Shown: in pieces, positions 18,832-27,975 of the stretch | How the letters are laid out: each line of letters opens with the position of its first letter | Numbering within the stretch: position 1 is the first letter of the stretch | DNA from: a virus | Lineage: Duplodnaviria > Heunggongvirae > Uroviricota > Caudoviricetes | DNA: 37,692 nucleotides | IMG/VR virus record: IMGVR_UViG_2645727775_000019 | Coordinates: 1 to 37,692 of that record | Direction: 5' to 3' (one strand) | Notes under the pieces: model-generated | Databases searched by the model: none | What the model was told of the DNA's origin: nothing | Seen by the model: only the letters and a program-made list of their open reading frames with translations | Program-made: the position numbers and the translations under genes

Positions 18832-20561
18832 AGAATTAAGAGATCATCGTCCGGATCAAGAGATGAGAGGAAATCGTCAGGTTCTTTGAGCATTGCCCGA
18901 CCGATCGTCATAATCAGTGCAACCGCACCATCGATTTTGTTTTCCGCCTGCTCCTTGACGGGCTTCACTAAATCATCGTTACCTGGCATGTTTTTGCCGA
19001 CCACATTGCCGATACACCAGGTCATGATGGGATTGCCGTCATGATGAAAGCGTCCCGATTCAATCGCTGCCTCCAGCTCTTTCATCGGGTCGGACATATT
19101 GGCGAAGTTCTGGACGATAGTGACGGGATTCAGGTCTTCATCAGCAAGGTCATGTGACAACCCGGTCGCCCCGAAGGGGTCGATGGGTGACTCACTGACC
19201 GGGCTGATTTTGTTCGCCGCTTTGGCCTCTTCGAGGATGTAGCGATAATCCACCTCCGCACCATCGGTAACGGTCAGAACGCCCATTTCCACCCATTTCT
19301 GAAAACGTTCGGCTGTCCGGCGATCTTCATTTTTCTCGACGCTGTACACCGTGTCATACGGTACCCAGAAACGCGGGGCCACACTGTAGTAATGCGTTTT
19401 ACCGTCAATCTCGCGGGTATAAAGTCGCGCCATACTGTTCATATCCAGCTTACGCGCCAGGTCAAAAGCCAGAATGCACGGCTGCCCCTCGAACTGCTCA
19501 AGGGTCAGTGATTTATCCTCGCAGCTCTGCCAGCTCACCAGGTTGAAATACGCCGAACGCGCCGACACCCAGATATTGAGGTGTTTTGTTTTAAAGACGT
19601 TTGCCAGACGGGCGTTATTTTTCGCACGCTGCTGCTGACTTAACAAAAATTCGCGATAAACCGACACGCCAATATTTGGATTGGCTTTTTCCAGCACCTG
19701 CGGGTCGGTCCAGTCATCGCCTTCGTCAACGGTATAGATGATCCCGAACAGTTCATCGTTGGGTACCGACCCGTTGAGCATCTCGATAACTTCCCGTCGC
19801 TTGTCGTAGCACGGCCCCTCAATGTTGTACCCGGCAGTAGTAATGGCCCACATCAGTGGCTGACGTCGCGCCCCCATCCCGGTAAGCATCGTGGTGTAAA
19901 GCGCATCGGTGGCGTGCTCGTGATATTCATCCACCACCGCACAGTGGGGTGATGAACCATCACCGGGGTTACCGATCAGCGGTTCAAACCGCGCGCCATC
20001 CTCCGGACGATTCATGTTTGAGGCGTTAACCTCAATCCCGAACGCTTCCGTCAGCATGGGTGTGCGTTTACACATCAGTCGCGCCGGGCGAAAGACTTCC
20101 CACGCCTGTTTCTCTGTCGTGGCACCGGAATACACTTCCGCGCCAAACTCGTTATCACAGGCAAAACAATACAGGGCAACACCGGCAGAGATTGCCGATT
20201 TGCCGTTCTTACGGGGGATTTCGGTATACACCTCCCGGAAGCGGCGCAGCCGGGACCCTTTATTGACCCAGCCAAACGCACAGCAGACCACAAATAGCTG
20301 CCACGGCTCCAGCGTGATGGGCATCCTCTTGAATGCCCACTCACCCTTGGTGTGCGGCAACAGCTGAATAAATTTGGCGGCCCGTTCAGCCAGGTCCTTG
20401 TCGAAGCGGTAACGAAACGACTTACTTTTTTCCGCCATCAGGTCATCAAGATGGCGCTGGCAGGCCTGAATCACAAACTGGCAGGCCACAATCTTTCCCC
20501 GCACGACATCACGGGCATACTGATTGGCAGCATTTACGTTGGGGTAAGATTTCCGGCTCAT
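18828..20561 (-). CDS. Terminase large subunit
   Basis: 577 aa; ATPase and nuclease regions; ATGA overlap with terS. Confidence 0.9.
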   Translation of the reverse strand: MSRKSYPNVNAANQYARDVVRGKIVACQFVIQACQRHLDDLMAEKSKSFRYRFDKDLAERAAKFIQLLPHTKGEWAFKRMPITLEPWQLFVVCCAFGWVNKGSRLRRFREVYTEIPRKNGKSAISAGVALYCFACDNEFGAEVYSGATTEKQAWEVFRPARLMCKRTPMLTEAFGIEVNASNMNRPEDGARFEPLIGNPGDGSSPHCAVVDEYHEHATDALYTTMLTGMGARRQPLMWAITTAGYNIEGPCYDKRREVIEMLNGSVPNDELFGIIYTVDEGDDWTDPQVLEKANPNIGVSVYREFLLSQQQRAKNNARLANVFKTKHLNIWVSARSAYFNLVSWQSCEDKSLTLEQFEGQPCILAFDLARKLDMNSMARLYTREIDGKTHYYSVAPRFWVPYDTVYSVEKNEDRRTAERFQKWVEMGVLTVTDGAEVDYRYILEEAKAANKISPVSESPIDPFGATGLSHDLADEDLNPVTIVQNFANMSDPMKELEAAIESGRFHHDGNPIMTWCIGNVVGKNMPGNDDLVKPVKEQAENKIDGAVALIMTIGRAMLKEPDDFLSSLDPDDDLLIL

Positions 20562-21052
20562 GATTCGATGATTTTCAGAAACGGGTTAGTGGCTTTCTTC
20601 TGCCCCGCCAGGCCAATCAGACGCTGGCGGCTGCTGGGGTCGAGTCCGAGCATTGCCCCCGTGCTGCTCATCTCGGACTCCTGTTCTTTCTTGGCGGTCA
20701 GCTCCGGATTTTTGACCATGCCACCCATTGCACCGGTGATGGTGTTGCCCTGTCTGGCAATATTTTTCACGGCACGCCGCCAGAACTCGTAGGCCACGCA
20801 CCACCGCTCAAGCACCGCGAGGTCAGTCACGCACAGCAGGCCCTGACCGCAGAGTTCTTTGGTTGTCAGTTGCCACATGATCGTGGCGAGAGGGAGATCT
20901 TCTTCAGCGAACCACTCCGGTGGCTCAACACCTTTGATGGGCGTAAAAACAGGTTCATCTTTATTCAGGGCTCGCTTGCCGGGGTTTCCGGCCAGCGCCT
21001 TGCGCGCCGTTGGCTTGGGGCGACGCCCGGAACGCCCCGCCGTTCCAGCCAT
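20558..21052 (-). CDS. Terminase small subunit (P27 family)
   Basis: Start at ATG ([14 protein letters not shown]) with AGGAG site 9 nt upstream; ORF-track start is GTG at 21061. Confidence 0.8.
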   Translation of the reverse strand: MAGTAGRSGRRPKPTARKALAGNPGKRALNKDEPVFTPIKGVEPPEWFAEEDLPLATIMWQLTTKELCGQGLLCVTDLAVLERWCVAYEFWRRAVKNIARQGNTITGAMGGMVKNPELTAKKEQESEMSSTGAMLGLDPSSRQRLIGLAGQKKATNPFLKIIES

Positions 21053-21177
21053 ATGCGGCACTCCTGGTTAAATTTCATTTTTCGCGGGTATAAAAAAACG
21101 ATGGGGCGGGCAGTCCGGAAGACGTCAGGCCGCAGGGATTTGACCCGCCCCTCCCCTCAGGCAGTTGAGAATCATTA

Positions 21178-21528
21178 TCACTTCAACCGTTCACGGGCCG
21201 TCTTCGCCTTATGGCACGGCCAGCACAGGCTCTGCAGATTACTGTCTGCATCGGTGCCGCCATGCGCTTTAGGGATGATGTGGTCAACGGTTTTAGCTTC
21301 ACGCACCACACCGGCACGCAGACATAACTGACACAGGCCTTTGTCACGTTTCAGCACACGCGCACGGATAACGTCCCACTTCGAACCGTAGCCGCGCTGA
21401 TGACGGGATTGTCCTGGCTTGTATTGCTTCCAGCCTTCGCTTTTGTGGCTTTCGCAGTAGCCTGACGGGTCTGTCGTGGTATTACGGCAGCCGCGAACGC
21501 GGCAGGCTTTTGGAGTTCGAGGGGGCAT
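21178..21528 (-). CDS. HNH endonuclease (terminase-associated)
   Basis: 116 aa with CxxC...H-N-H...CxxC pattern; located just upstream of terS as in HK97-like cos phages. Confidence 0.85.
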   Translation of the reverse strand: MPPRTPKACRVRGCRNTTTDPSGYCESHKSEGWKQYKPGQSRHQRGYGSKWDVIRARVLKRDKGLCQLCLRAGVVREAKTVDHIIPKAHGGTDADSNLQSLCWPCHKAKTARERLK

Positions 21529-21554
21529 AAATATATTCCTGTTCTTTGTTCGGA

Positions 21555-21827
21555 CTATTTGACTGCTGCCAGCAAAGCGTTACGGCGCATCTCGATACTT
21601 CGAATCCCCGCTTTGTCAATATTGCATTGTCCCAACGCCGAAAGCAGGCTCACATTCAGATCCAGACTGGCCCCATAGGTCAGCGGCTCGGGAATGACTG
21701 GCTGGGGAGTTTCAGTAGTCAGGCTTGCTGGCAACGGTACCGCCGGAATCGGTACGTAAACTGTTCGCGTACTTCCGCAACCGGTCAGCAGCGGCAGCAG
21801 GCACAGGGCGTACAGCACAATCATCAT
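21555..21827 (-). CDS. o-spanin (Rz1-like outer-membrane lipoprotein)
   Basis: Starts MMIVLYALCLLPLLTGC (lipobox LLTGC), Pro-rich mature part; other frame than Rz, overlapping its 3' end. Confidence 0.6.
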   Translation of the reverse strand: MMIVLYALCLLPLLTGCGSTRTVYVPIPAVPLPASLTTETPQPVIPEPLTYGASLDLNVSLLSALGQCNIDKAGIRSIEMRRNALLAAVK

Positions 21828-22104
21828 CCGCAACAGCCACTTTGATATCAGCCTGGGTTCTCTGTGACTCCAGTGCGATCTGCTGTTTTGCATGCTGGTT
21901 AGCCTCCAGAACTGTATTGACGATTTGCAGTGATTGCAGGACGTTATTGGTAATAGCGGTTGCCGATTCGGCATTTTGTACAGCCTCATCAGCACGTTTC
22001 TTTTCGCGCTGGTATTTGCTGTGGTAGTGGTTAGCTGACCAGACGAGAGAACCGAATAAAGTCAGGAGGAAAGCAGAAATAACCAGCTTATAGCGAAGTT
22101 TCAT
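21712..22104 (-). CDS. i-spanin (Rz-like)
   Basis: Start at MKLRYK with GGGGTGG site; N-terminal TM helix then helical periplasmic domain; follows endolysin. Confidence 0.6.
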   Translation of the reverse strand: MKLRYKLVISAFLLTLFGSLVWSANHYHSKYQREKKRADEAVQNAESATAITNNVLQSLQIVNTVLEANQHAKQQIALESQRTQADIKVAVADDDCAVRPVPAAAADRLRKYANSLRTDSGGTVASKPDY

Positions 22105-22564
22105 TAACCACCCCGCCAGCTTCTTTGAATTTGGCAATCAGACTATCGATCTTGTGTTCATACTGACCGTAGCCAGCACCGGGCAATGAAGCCCAAATAT
22201 TGCTGCAACGATCAATAGCCTGACGAATATCCCCCCGATCAATCAGCGGCAGCGCGCCGCGTTCTTTAATCTGCTGTAACGCCACCGCATCCTGGCTTTT
22301 CGGGGAGAAATCTTTCAGTCCAAGCTGTTTACGGTAGGCGTCCCACCATTTCGACAGCAGTTGATAACGCCCGGCGGCGGTGGATTTCAGTTTCGGGTTA
22401 AGCGTAACCAGCTTACGTGGATGATCGGAGTAATCAGTAAGCAGTTCGCCACCAACGATAACGTCATAACCATGATTTCTGGTCTTCTGCCATCCGTTAT
22501 CAGTTCCTTCTGACCACGCCAGCATATCGAGGAAGGCTTTACGCTGAGGATTAAGGTTTTGCAT
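22088..22564 (-). CDS. Endolysin, lambda R-like lytic transglycosylase
   Basis: 158 aa; QRKAFLDMLAWSEGTDNG...RYQLL...SQDAVALQQIKERGAL closely matches lambda R as recalled. Confidence 0.9.
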   Translation of the reverse strand: MQNLNPQRKAFLDMLAWSEGTDNGWQKTRNHGYDVIVGGELLTDYSDHPRKLVTLNPKLKSTAAGRYQLLSKWWDAYRKQLGLKDFSPKSQDAVALQQIKERGALPLIDRGDIRQAIDRCSNIWASLPGAGYGQYEHKIDSLIAKFKEAGGVVNETSL

Positions 22565-22868
22565 TTTTCACCCCTGTCAGTCGTTCCCAGAAGTAAGTCA
22601 GCGCAACTGAACCCATTGCACCGCTGATCCCTGCTGTGGCGAGAATCATGTAAATGCTAAATCCGCTTTCGATACTTATCAGGCCACCAATAACACCGGT
22701 AAAACCCGATACCACTATCTGAGCCAGAGCATTAATCCAGCTCCATGTTGCTTTGCTCTGCTTCACATCAATCAGGTAACGGACAAGCCCGCCCCAGCAC
22801 GCGAAGATCAGCAGAACGAGCCAGGACATCCCGGCAATGCTCTCTTTTTCGTGCATATGAATAGCCAT
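22551..22868 (-). CDS. Holin (non-lambda-S type) with possible dual-start motif
   Basis: 105 aa from MAIHMHEK; three hydrophobic segments; immediately upstream of endolysin. Confidence 0.7.
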   Translation of the reverse strand: MAIHMHEKESIAGMSWLVLLIFACWGGLVRYLIDVKQSKATWSWINALAQIVVSGFTGVIGGLISIESGFSIYMILATAGISGAMGSVALTYFWERLTGVKNAKP

Positions 22869-22897
22869 GATTTTGCCGCCGACGGATGATCGGGACT

Positions 22898-23395
22898 CTA
22901 AATGATAGGGAACAGACTCACGGGGTAATTTAACGACAAAGCACGGAGTTGAAGATCCCCACAAGCCTGGAATAAAAAAGCCAGCGACAGGCTGGCAATG
23001 TGAGGGTAACGCAAAGTGCTTAGAAACAAAAAAAGGCCGCCATCGGCGACCTTCGAGGTATCTAGCGTGCTGGATACTTTCAGCTTCGCCTTCAATTCAG
23101 CGTTGATTTCTTTCAGGCGATCAACATCGTTTTTAAGTTTTTCAATGTCTTGCCCTTTATTATCAAGGTCGCGCTGAAGACCTTTAATAATTTCTGTTTG
23201 GGCCGCCTGTACTTCTCGTGTCGTCTGGAGAGACTTATCAATATCATCAACTTGGTTAATCAAGCGTGTACCGAAAAAGCCTACAACTAACATAGTTATC
23301 CCAACCATAAAGTTGAGAACCCAGACTTTTGTTCCGGAAGCAGTGTTTGGAGTTTCGTCGATAAAGTGCACCTTATGCCAGTTAAAGTTACCCAA
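22898..23395 (-). CDS. Hypothetical membrane-anchored coiled-coil protein (cargo gene Y)
   Basis: TM segment VWVLNFMVGITMLVVGFFGT then heptad-like coiled coil; ORF-track start is TTG; 3' portion reads through the terminator hairpins so the true extent is uncertain. Confidence 0.45.
   Translation of the reverse strand: MGNFNWHKVHFIDETPNTASGTKVWVLNFMVGITMLVVGFFGTRLINQVDDIDKSLQTTREVQAAQTEIIKGLQRDLDNKGQDIEKLKNDVDRLKEINAELKAKLKVSSTLDTSKVADGGLFLFLSTLRYPHIASLSLAFLFQACGDLQLRALSLNYPVSLFPII
22971..23051 (-). terminator. Two tandem intrinsic terminator-like hairpins upstream of the holin
   Basis: Minus strand: GGTCGCCGATGGCGGCC then TTTTTTTG, and GCCAGCCTGTCGCTGGC then TTTTTTATT. Confidence 0.6.
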
Positions 23396-23482
23396 CGTCT
23401 GCGCAGATCGTTAGATTCGGCAACATTGTAACTGGATAAGGAATAGAAAACCTTGGAATTTTAAGAAGAAACTGATTGATCG

Positions 23483-23572
23483 ATTATTTAACGAGCGAAC
23501 ACATCCATACACCCCAGACGGGTACTACGACAAAGGCCATGAAATAAGTAACTTTTGCTTGAATGTTTTGCA
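23483..23572 (-). CDS. Candidate 29-aa hydrophobic peptide
   Basis: ATG preceded by AAGGAAG; MQNIQAKVTYFMAFVVVPVWGVWMCSLVK; in AT-rich leader upstream of gene Y, downstream of a TTGATG-17-TAATAT promoter-like site. Confidence 0.3.
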
Positions 23573-23759
23573 TTTCGCTTCCTTAGCAGTCCGATAAGTA
23601 CTGTCTGCTCATCCAACCTAACGAATGTAGATCAGAATGACAAGTCTTTCGCGCTAATTTCAATTTGATATCTGTTCGTAAACATGATGGCGCGAAATAT
23701 TACGCATGAAGTGCTTCTACATCAACATAAAAGTTACTTTTTTTGTGTTCACAGCATGT

Positions 23760-23788
23760 AAAGTAAAAGCCCCGCACGATGGCGAGGC
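23760..23788 (-). terminator. Intrinsic terminator-like hairpin downstream of cargo gene X
   Basis: Minus strand GCCTCGCCATCGTGCGGGGC followed by TTTTACTTT. Confidence 0.5.
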
Positions 23789-23854
23789 TGTTAATTCTTT
23801 GTCGACCAACAAAGCTATGGCGACGATATCAGATTTACATGAAATATAAGCGTT

Positions 23855-24520
23855 TCAGTTCGGTTTTGCAAGACTTACGTGCGAACTTGTCGCCTTTTGT
23901 TGTGAACGTGATCGCGTTACTGAGATAAGCGCACCGCTATCGAGTCGCATAAAGCAGCTACGCATTGCCAACCAGTGAGGCAGGTATGTCTCTGTCCAGG
24001 TGGATTTCGCCACGCCAACCAGTTCCGCCAGCTTCTGGTATTCGTAGGCATCTTTCCCGACCAACCCTGCTTTGACATCCTGCGCTGCCAGCCATATCAG
24101 CTTCTTCAGGCGCTCCATGGTCTTGCCTGCCACCCTCTTCGCGCCGAGATACCCCCTGAATTCAGACCACGCCCACTGGGTGATCGCCACCTGGTATTCA
24201 AAGCTGATGTTTTCACTGTAACTCCACAGCAACCACGCTTTCTGATGTTCTTCGAGAGACAGAACCGCGCGGCGCCATGAAGATGTTGAGAACTCAACCT
24301 GGCTGACCAGTGCAATGGATGAACCTTTTGCGTACGACTGCTTACCGGAAATCGGCGGATTATCCAGCGTAATCATCTTGCCCGTTACCTCATCCAGAAT
24401 GCGCGGCTTCTTTCGTTTATATGTACCAGTATCAAATTGTGCATGCTCCAGCCAGGCTTCAAGCTGTTCAACAGTCATACCAGGGTTAAAAAAATATGGC
24501 TGCTGCTTTTCGCCCTGCAT
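23855..24520 (-). CDS. Hypothetical protein (cargo gene X, 221 aa)
   Basis: Start at MQGEKQQPYFF with GGAGG site directly after the tR'-like terminator; the first 23 codons of the ORF-track version are the terminator hairpin itself; no family recognised by eye. Confidence 0.55.
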   Translation of the reverse strand: MQGEKQQPYFFNPGMTVEQLEAWLEHAQFDTGTYKRKKPRILDEVTGKMITLDNPPISGKQSYAKGSSIALVSQVEFSTSSWRRAVLSLEEHQKAWLLWSYSENISFEYQVAITQWAWSEFRGYLGAKRVAGKTMERLKKLIWLAAQDVKAGLVGKDAYEYQKLAELVGVAKSTWTETYLPHWLAMRSCFMRLDSGALISVTRSRSQQKATSSHVSLAKPN

Positions 24521-24531
24521 TATTGACCTCC

Positions 24532-24560
24532 AGAAAAGCAAAAACCCCGCCGAAGCGAGG
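24532..24560 (-). terminator. tR'-like intrinsic terminator just downstream of Q
   Basis: Minus strand CCTCGC-TTCG-GCGGGG hairpin followed by TTTTTGCTTTTCT. Confidence 0.65.
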
Positions 24561-24670
24561 TTTGTTATGATTTCGTTAACGGCAGACATACAAAGCCCAT
24601 CGTTAGGAGAATCCTAACCATATTTTTTGAAAAATGCAAGCATCATGTCGCCATCTTCGGCGAAAATCAT

Positions 24671-25423
24671 TTATCTTGTCACTTTTCTCAATTGTGTCTC
24701 TGCATATGCTTCTTCCTGCCAGCACTTTGTAACCAGTTTATCAATAACATCTGCATATCCTTTGTACCACTGATAATCCGTCAGGTCCGGTACCAGCTTC
24801 TGGACATGATGCCGCGCCAGTGTGGTTGGTAAACGGCTAAACCGGTTTCCATTGCAACGCCCACAAATCTTATAAACAGGCGTGCCATGAAGCCGGGTCC
24901 TTTTTTCATCCAGGACAATACCTTTACCCTTACACCCTCTGCACGCTGTGCTGACTTCTCCCTTACCATGACAATGCTGACATAGTTCCTTCACCCACTC
25001 CTCCTTGATAACAGATTCACCGCTTCTGGAGTGTTTCACCACTTCGCGCAATACATTATGAAATCCAGTACCTGCACAATGCTCACAGCGAGCCTTACTT
25101 GCCGCAGACCTGGAATAATCAGCAAAGGCAAAATTCACAAGGTAAGGGATGATCTGTAACCGGGTTTCTTCACTCAATTTGTTCAATGTCGGGTTATCCA
25201 GTGCCATCGCGTAATTGAGCAGACCTTCAATCGCAAATTGAGGATCCTGAACACCAACTTTTGCCAGGAATAAGGCAAACCCAAGCGGTGCTTTCGACTG
25301 CACCATCCCCTGCGCAGCCATCACATCCGTAATCGTTAAACCACCTGAGCCTGTCGCCGGTGCGTCATCGCTCAATTTTGGAGATTTTGGGGAGTAATAT
25401 TTTGGTAAGGCTTCAAGGTTCAT
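24671..25423 (-). CDS. Late-gene antiterminator Q (lambda-Q family, QuuQ-like)
   Basis: YYSPKSPKLSDDAPATG...TDVMAAQGM, FAFADYSRSAA, Cys-rich zinc-binding region and C-terminal ...RKVTR parallel lambda Q as recalled; ATG with GGAG site, 250 aa. Confidence 0.8.
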   Translation of the reverse strand: MNLEALPKYYSPKSPKLSDDAPATGSGGLTITDVMAAQGMVQSKAPLGFALFLAKVGVQDPQFAIEGLLNYAMALDNPTLNKLSEETRLQIIPYLVNFAFADYSRSAASKARCEHCAGTGFHNVLREVVKHSRSGESVIKEEWVKELCQHCHGKGEVSTACRGCKGKGIVLDEKRTRLHGTPVYKICGRCNGNRFSRLPTTLARHHVQKLVPDLTDYQWYKGYADVIDKLVTKCWQEEAYAETQLRKVTR

Positions 25424-25436
25424 GCTCGTTCTCCAC

Positions 25437-26432
25437 TTACGCCAATACGCCAATTGCCAGCGCACGATCGATAAAACGAAATATCAGCTCCAGCTGGGAG
25501 CCATACTTCTCTTCAAATGCCACGGTATCCGCATGCAGCTCGTCGTGATGCTTTCTGCACAAAGGCAACACAAAGAGGTCATGCGCTTTTGTACCCATTC
25601 CCCCCTGACCGTGACCTATCAGGTGGTGGGGATCATCAGCGGGCTTTCCACAACATGCACACGGCTGTGTCTTAACCCAGCGCGTGTACTTTTCATTAAC
25701 CCAGCGGCGACGTTTTGGGCGTAACATAAAAGACTCCGGCGACTCCGGATCCACTTTCAGCGCCAGCACCTTTTTCGCTTTATCTTGGATGATGCTGGTG
25801 GCAGGAACCGAAGGCACAAGGTCACTTTCCCGGGTGACAGACGGCACAACAGGTTTCGGTAATCTCAGCGCCTTACGGGCTGCGCTTTCAGGTAAGGCAT
25901 CCGCCAGGTCATTACGAATCAGCCACCAGCACAGTTCCGGCATTGTCACGGCATGGTTATCATCAAAACCGAGATCCCGACGGACTACAGACAACACCCA
26001 GCGGGCACAGTTATCCGTTGCCATTGATTCCAGCCGTTCCGTGAACTGATCGCGCAGCTGGTTATCGCAGTGCCAGCACAGACGGATTGCGCCCGGAGCG
26101 TGTCGCATTGTTGTCATGTTCTCGCTGTGCCAGTCGGAATGAAGCCACTGGCAGCCTTTTTCACGAAGTAACCAGCTTTCAAGACATTCCACGCCACCAG
26201 CACGACGGATCACTGCCTCATTGCGGAACACGGCCCGAACGGCAGGATCATCCGCCAGCGGTTGTGATGCCGCGGGAACGGCACCACTGGCGAAAGATGA
26301 ATAACGTTCCGGCTCAGGCTCCAGCAGGACACGCCCCTGCATAAACAAGGGCATCAGCTCTGAACCTGGCCTGAACAATACGATCCCCATACGCGGGGCA
26401 ATTTCAGGGGTCAGTAGTGCTCTCACGGTCAC
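25437..26432 (-). CDS. DUF968-family protein (YdfU-like) with C-terminal Cys/His HNH-like motif
   Basis: 331 aa; C-terminal CACCGKPADDPHHL...CRKHHDELH; located upstream of Q as ydfU is upstream of quuQ in Qin-type prophages. Confidence 0.65.
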   Translation of the reverse strand: MTVRALLTPEIAPRMGIVLFRPGSELMPLFMQGRVLLEPEPERYSSFASGAVPAASQPLADDPAVRAVFRNEAVIRRAGGVECLESWLLREKGCQWLHSDWHSENMTTMRHAPGAIRLCWHCDNQLRDQFTERLESMATDNCARWVLSVVRRDLGFDDNHAVTMPELCWWLIRNDLADALPESAARKALRLPKPVVPSVTRESDLVPSVPATSIIQDKAKKVLALKVDPESPESFMLRPKRRRWVNEKYTRWVKTQPCACCGKPADDPHHLIGHGQGGMGTKAHDLFVLPLCRKHHDELHADTVAFEEKYGSQLELIFRFIDRALAIGVLA

Positions 26433-26433
26433 C

Positions 26434-27243
26434 TCAATGAACGGTATCGAGCAGCTTTAACAGCTCTGGGAATCGGGATTCGAAGAAATGCGGCTGCGTC
26501 TCGCGCGGATTTGCGGGACTGGTGATGTTCTTGCCGAACATGCAGCCTTTCGCTGTCAGCGACCAGAATTTTTTGATGTTGTTAATCGCGGTACGGCTGT
26601 ATCGTTCGCGCTGCTCGACGATCCCCAGCTTCACCATCTGGTGATATGCCTGATTAGCTGTCAGGCGGATACCATACTGCTTCAGCAGTGCACTCAGTGA
26701 CAGCGTGGGGCGGCTTGAGCCATCAGGCGCGTCAGCAGGAGCATCAATGGCATAGCGCGGTGCCAGATTCGGTAAGCCAACAGCCTCCTGGAGTTTCTGA
26801 CAGGCACCAAGCACTGAAGAGTTAGACAGGTTTAATTCCCGGCGCATAAAGTCCAGCAGAATCACACCAGCCTGCATCTTGTCAGCAGCCTGTCCGGATA
26901 ATTTTTCCGGTGCGCTGGTTACCATGTCGAAAGTACGGATCACCTTCAGATGGAATGACGGGCTGATCCACATTGCATAGGCATACACCAGTTCCTTGCA
27001 GACATACGTTCCCCGTTCATTTCCCCCATGAATCACACTCACCGGGTCAACACCCAAATTCTGGGTGTTGGTCAATTCATGAACAAGCTCAACAGTTTGT
27101 TGGCTGGAAAGAAACTTTCCTGGCTCCTTGGTTCTGGCATTTGCACCAGATGCTACTGCTGCGCGATGCAGATCGTTCAGACTGTAACGCCCATAAGCAT
27201 CACGACGAACTTCAATACCATCAATGACCATCAGATTATTCAT
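26434..27243 (-). CDS. KilA-N domain protein / antirepressor-like
   Basis: 269 aa; N-terminal KilA-N-like region; AGGAG site upstream. Confidence 0.65.
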   Translation of the reverse strand: MNNLMVIDGIEVRRDAYGRYSLNDLHRAAVASGANARTKEPGKFLSSQQTVELVHELTNTQNLGVDPVSVIHGGNERGTYVCKELVYAYAMWISPSFHLKVIRTFDMVTSAPEKLSGQAADKMQAGVILLDFMRRELNLSNSSVLGACQKLQEAVGLPNLAPRYAIDAPADAPDGSSRPTLSLSALLKQYGIRLTANQAYHQMVKLGIVEQRERYSRTAINNIKKFWSLTAKGCMFGKNITSPANPRETQPHFFESRFPELLKLLDTVH

Positions 27244-27262
27244 ACTTCGTTTCTCCTCTTAA

Positions 27263-27652
27263 TCAGGCGGCTGCACCCGCCGTTTTCTCGAACTTACTGA
27301 TAGTGATCTCGACCTTCCCTTTCGGGATAACCGGTCCCCACTCAACCAGCATTCTTTTCACCTGACTGTCGTCTTCCCACACACCCGCGTGGGTCAGGGC
27401 GTCAAACAGCGCCTTGTTATAGTTGTCCAGATCGCGGATCCGGTTATCCGGAGGAAACAACACAATCTCTACTGAAGCTGGTGCCGACGTTGGTTTCGGC
27501 AAACGACGTAACTGCTCAACTATTGCTGAGCACGCCGCGCTCTGGAATTTGCGCCCCGCCGCGCTTATCAGGCTCTTACCTGCAAACGCCCCTTTGTTGG
27601 GGTGTCGCCAGTACGAGTTCACGCTGGGCGGGAAAGGCAGGATCAGCTTCAT
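27263..27652 (-). CDS. rusA: Holliday junction resolvase RusA
   Basis: 129 aa, MKLILPFPPSVNSYW start typical of RusA. Confidence 0.85.
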   Translation of the reverse strand: MKLILPFPPSVNSYWRHPNKGAFAGKSLISAAGRKFQSAACSAIVEQLRRLPKPTSAPASVEIVLFPPDNRIRDLDNYNKALFDALTHAGVWEDDSQVKRMLVEWGPVIPKGKVEITISKFEKTAGAAA

Positions 27653-27975
27653 ACTTTCAGGCCCCTCTCATGTAACCAGTGGGCTGCACGCAGCCTGCCG
27701 TTTTCCTCACCGGCAAGCAGTGCGCGGATAATCCCGACCGCCTCGCTGTCGTCGTCCTTCACCGCGGTATGAAGCGTTATCCCCCGGGCCACGCCACGCT
27801 TTATCGTGATGACGCCTTTTTTCTCCAGTGCACGAAGATGCTCTACCGCTGCATTCACTGAACGGTATCCCAGCATGGTTGCCACCTCCTGATTGGTTGG
27901 CGGAAAGCCACGCTCTTTCTGGTAAGAAATCAGCATATCCAGCACCTGCTGCTGGCATTGAGTTAACGTCGTCAT
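27649..27975 (-). CDS. LexA-type N-terminal DNA-binding domain protein without peptidase domain
   Basis: 108 aa; QQQVLDMLISYQKERGFPPTNQEVATMLGYRSVNAAVEHLRALEKKGVI resembles the LexA winged-helix domain; no S24 domain follows. Confidence 0.55.
   Translation of the reverse strand: MTTLTQCQQQVLDMLISYQKERGFPPTNQEVATMLGYRSVNAAVEHLRALEKKGVITIKRGVARGITLHTAVKDDDSEAVGIIRALLAGEENGRLRAAHWLHERGLKV

Noticed and set aside
23855-24589. 244-aa version of cargo gene X
   Set aside because: The first 23 codons are the translation of the tR'-like terminator hairpin and U-run; a GGAGG-ATG start follows immediately after the terminator
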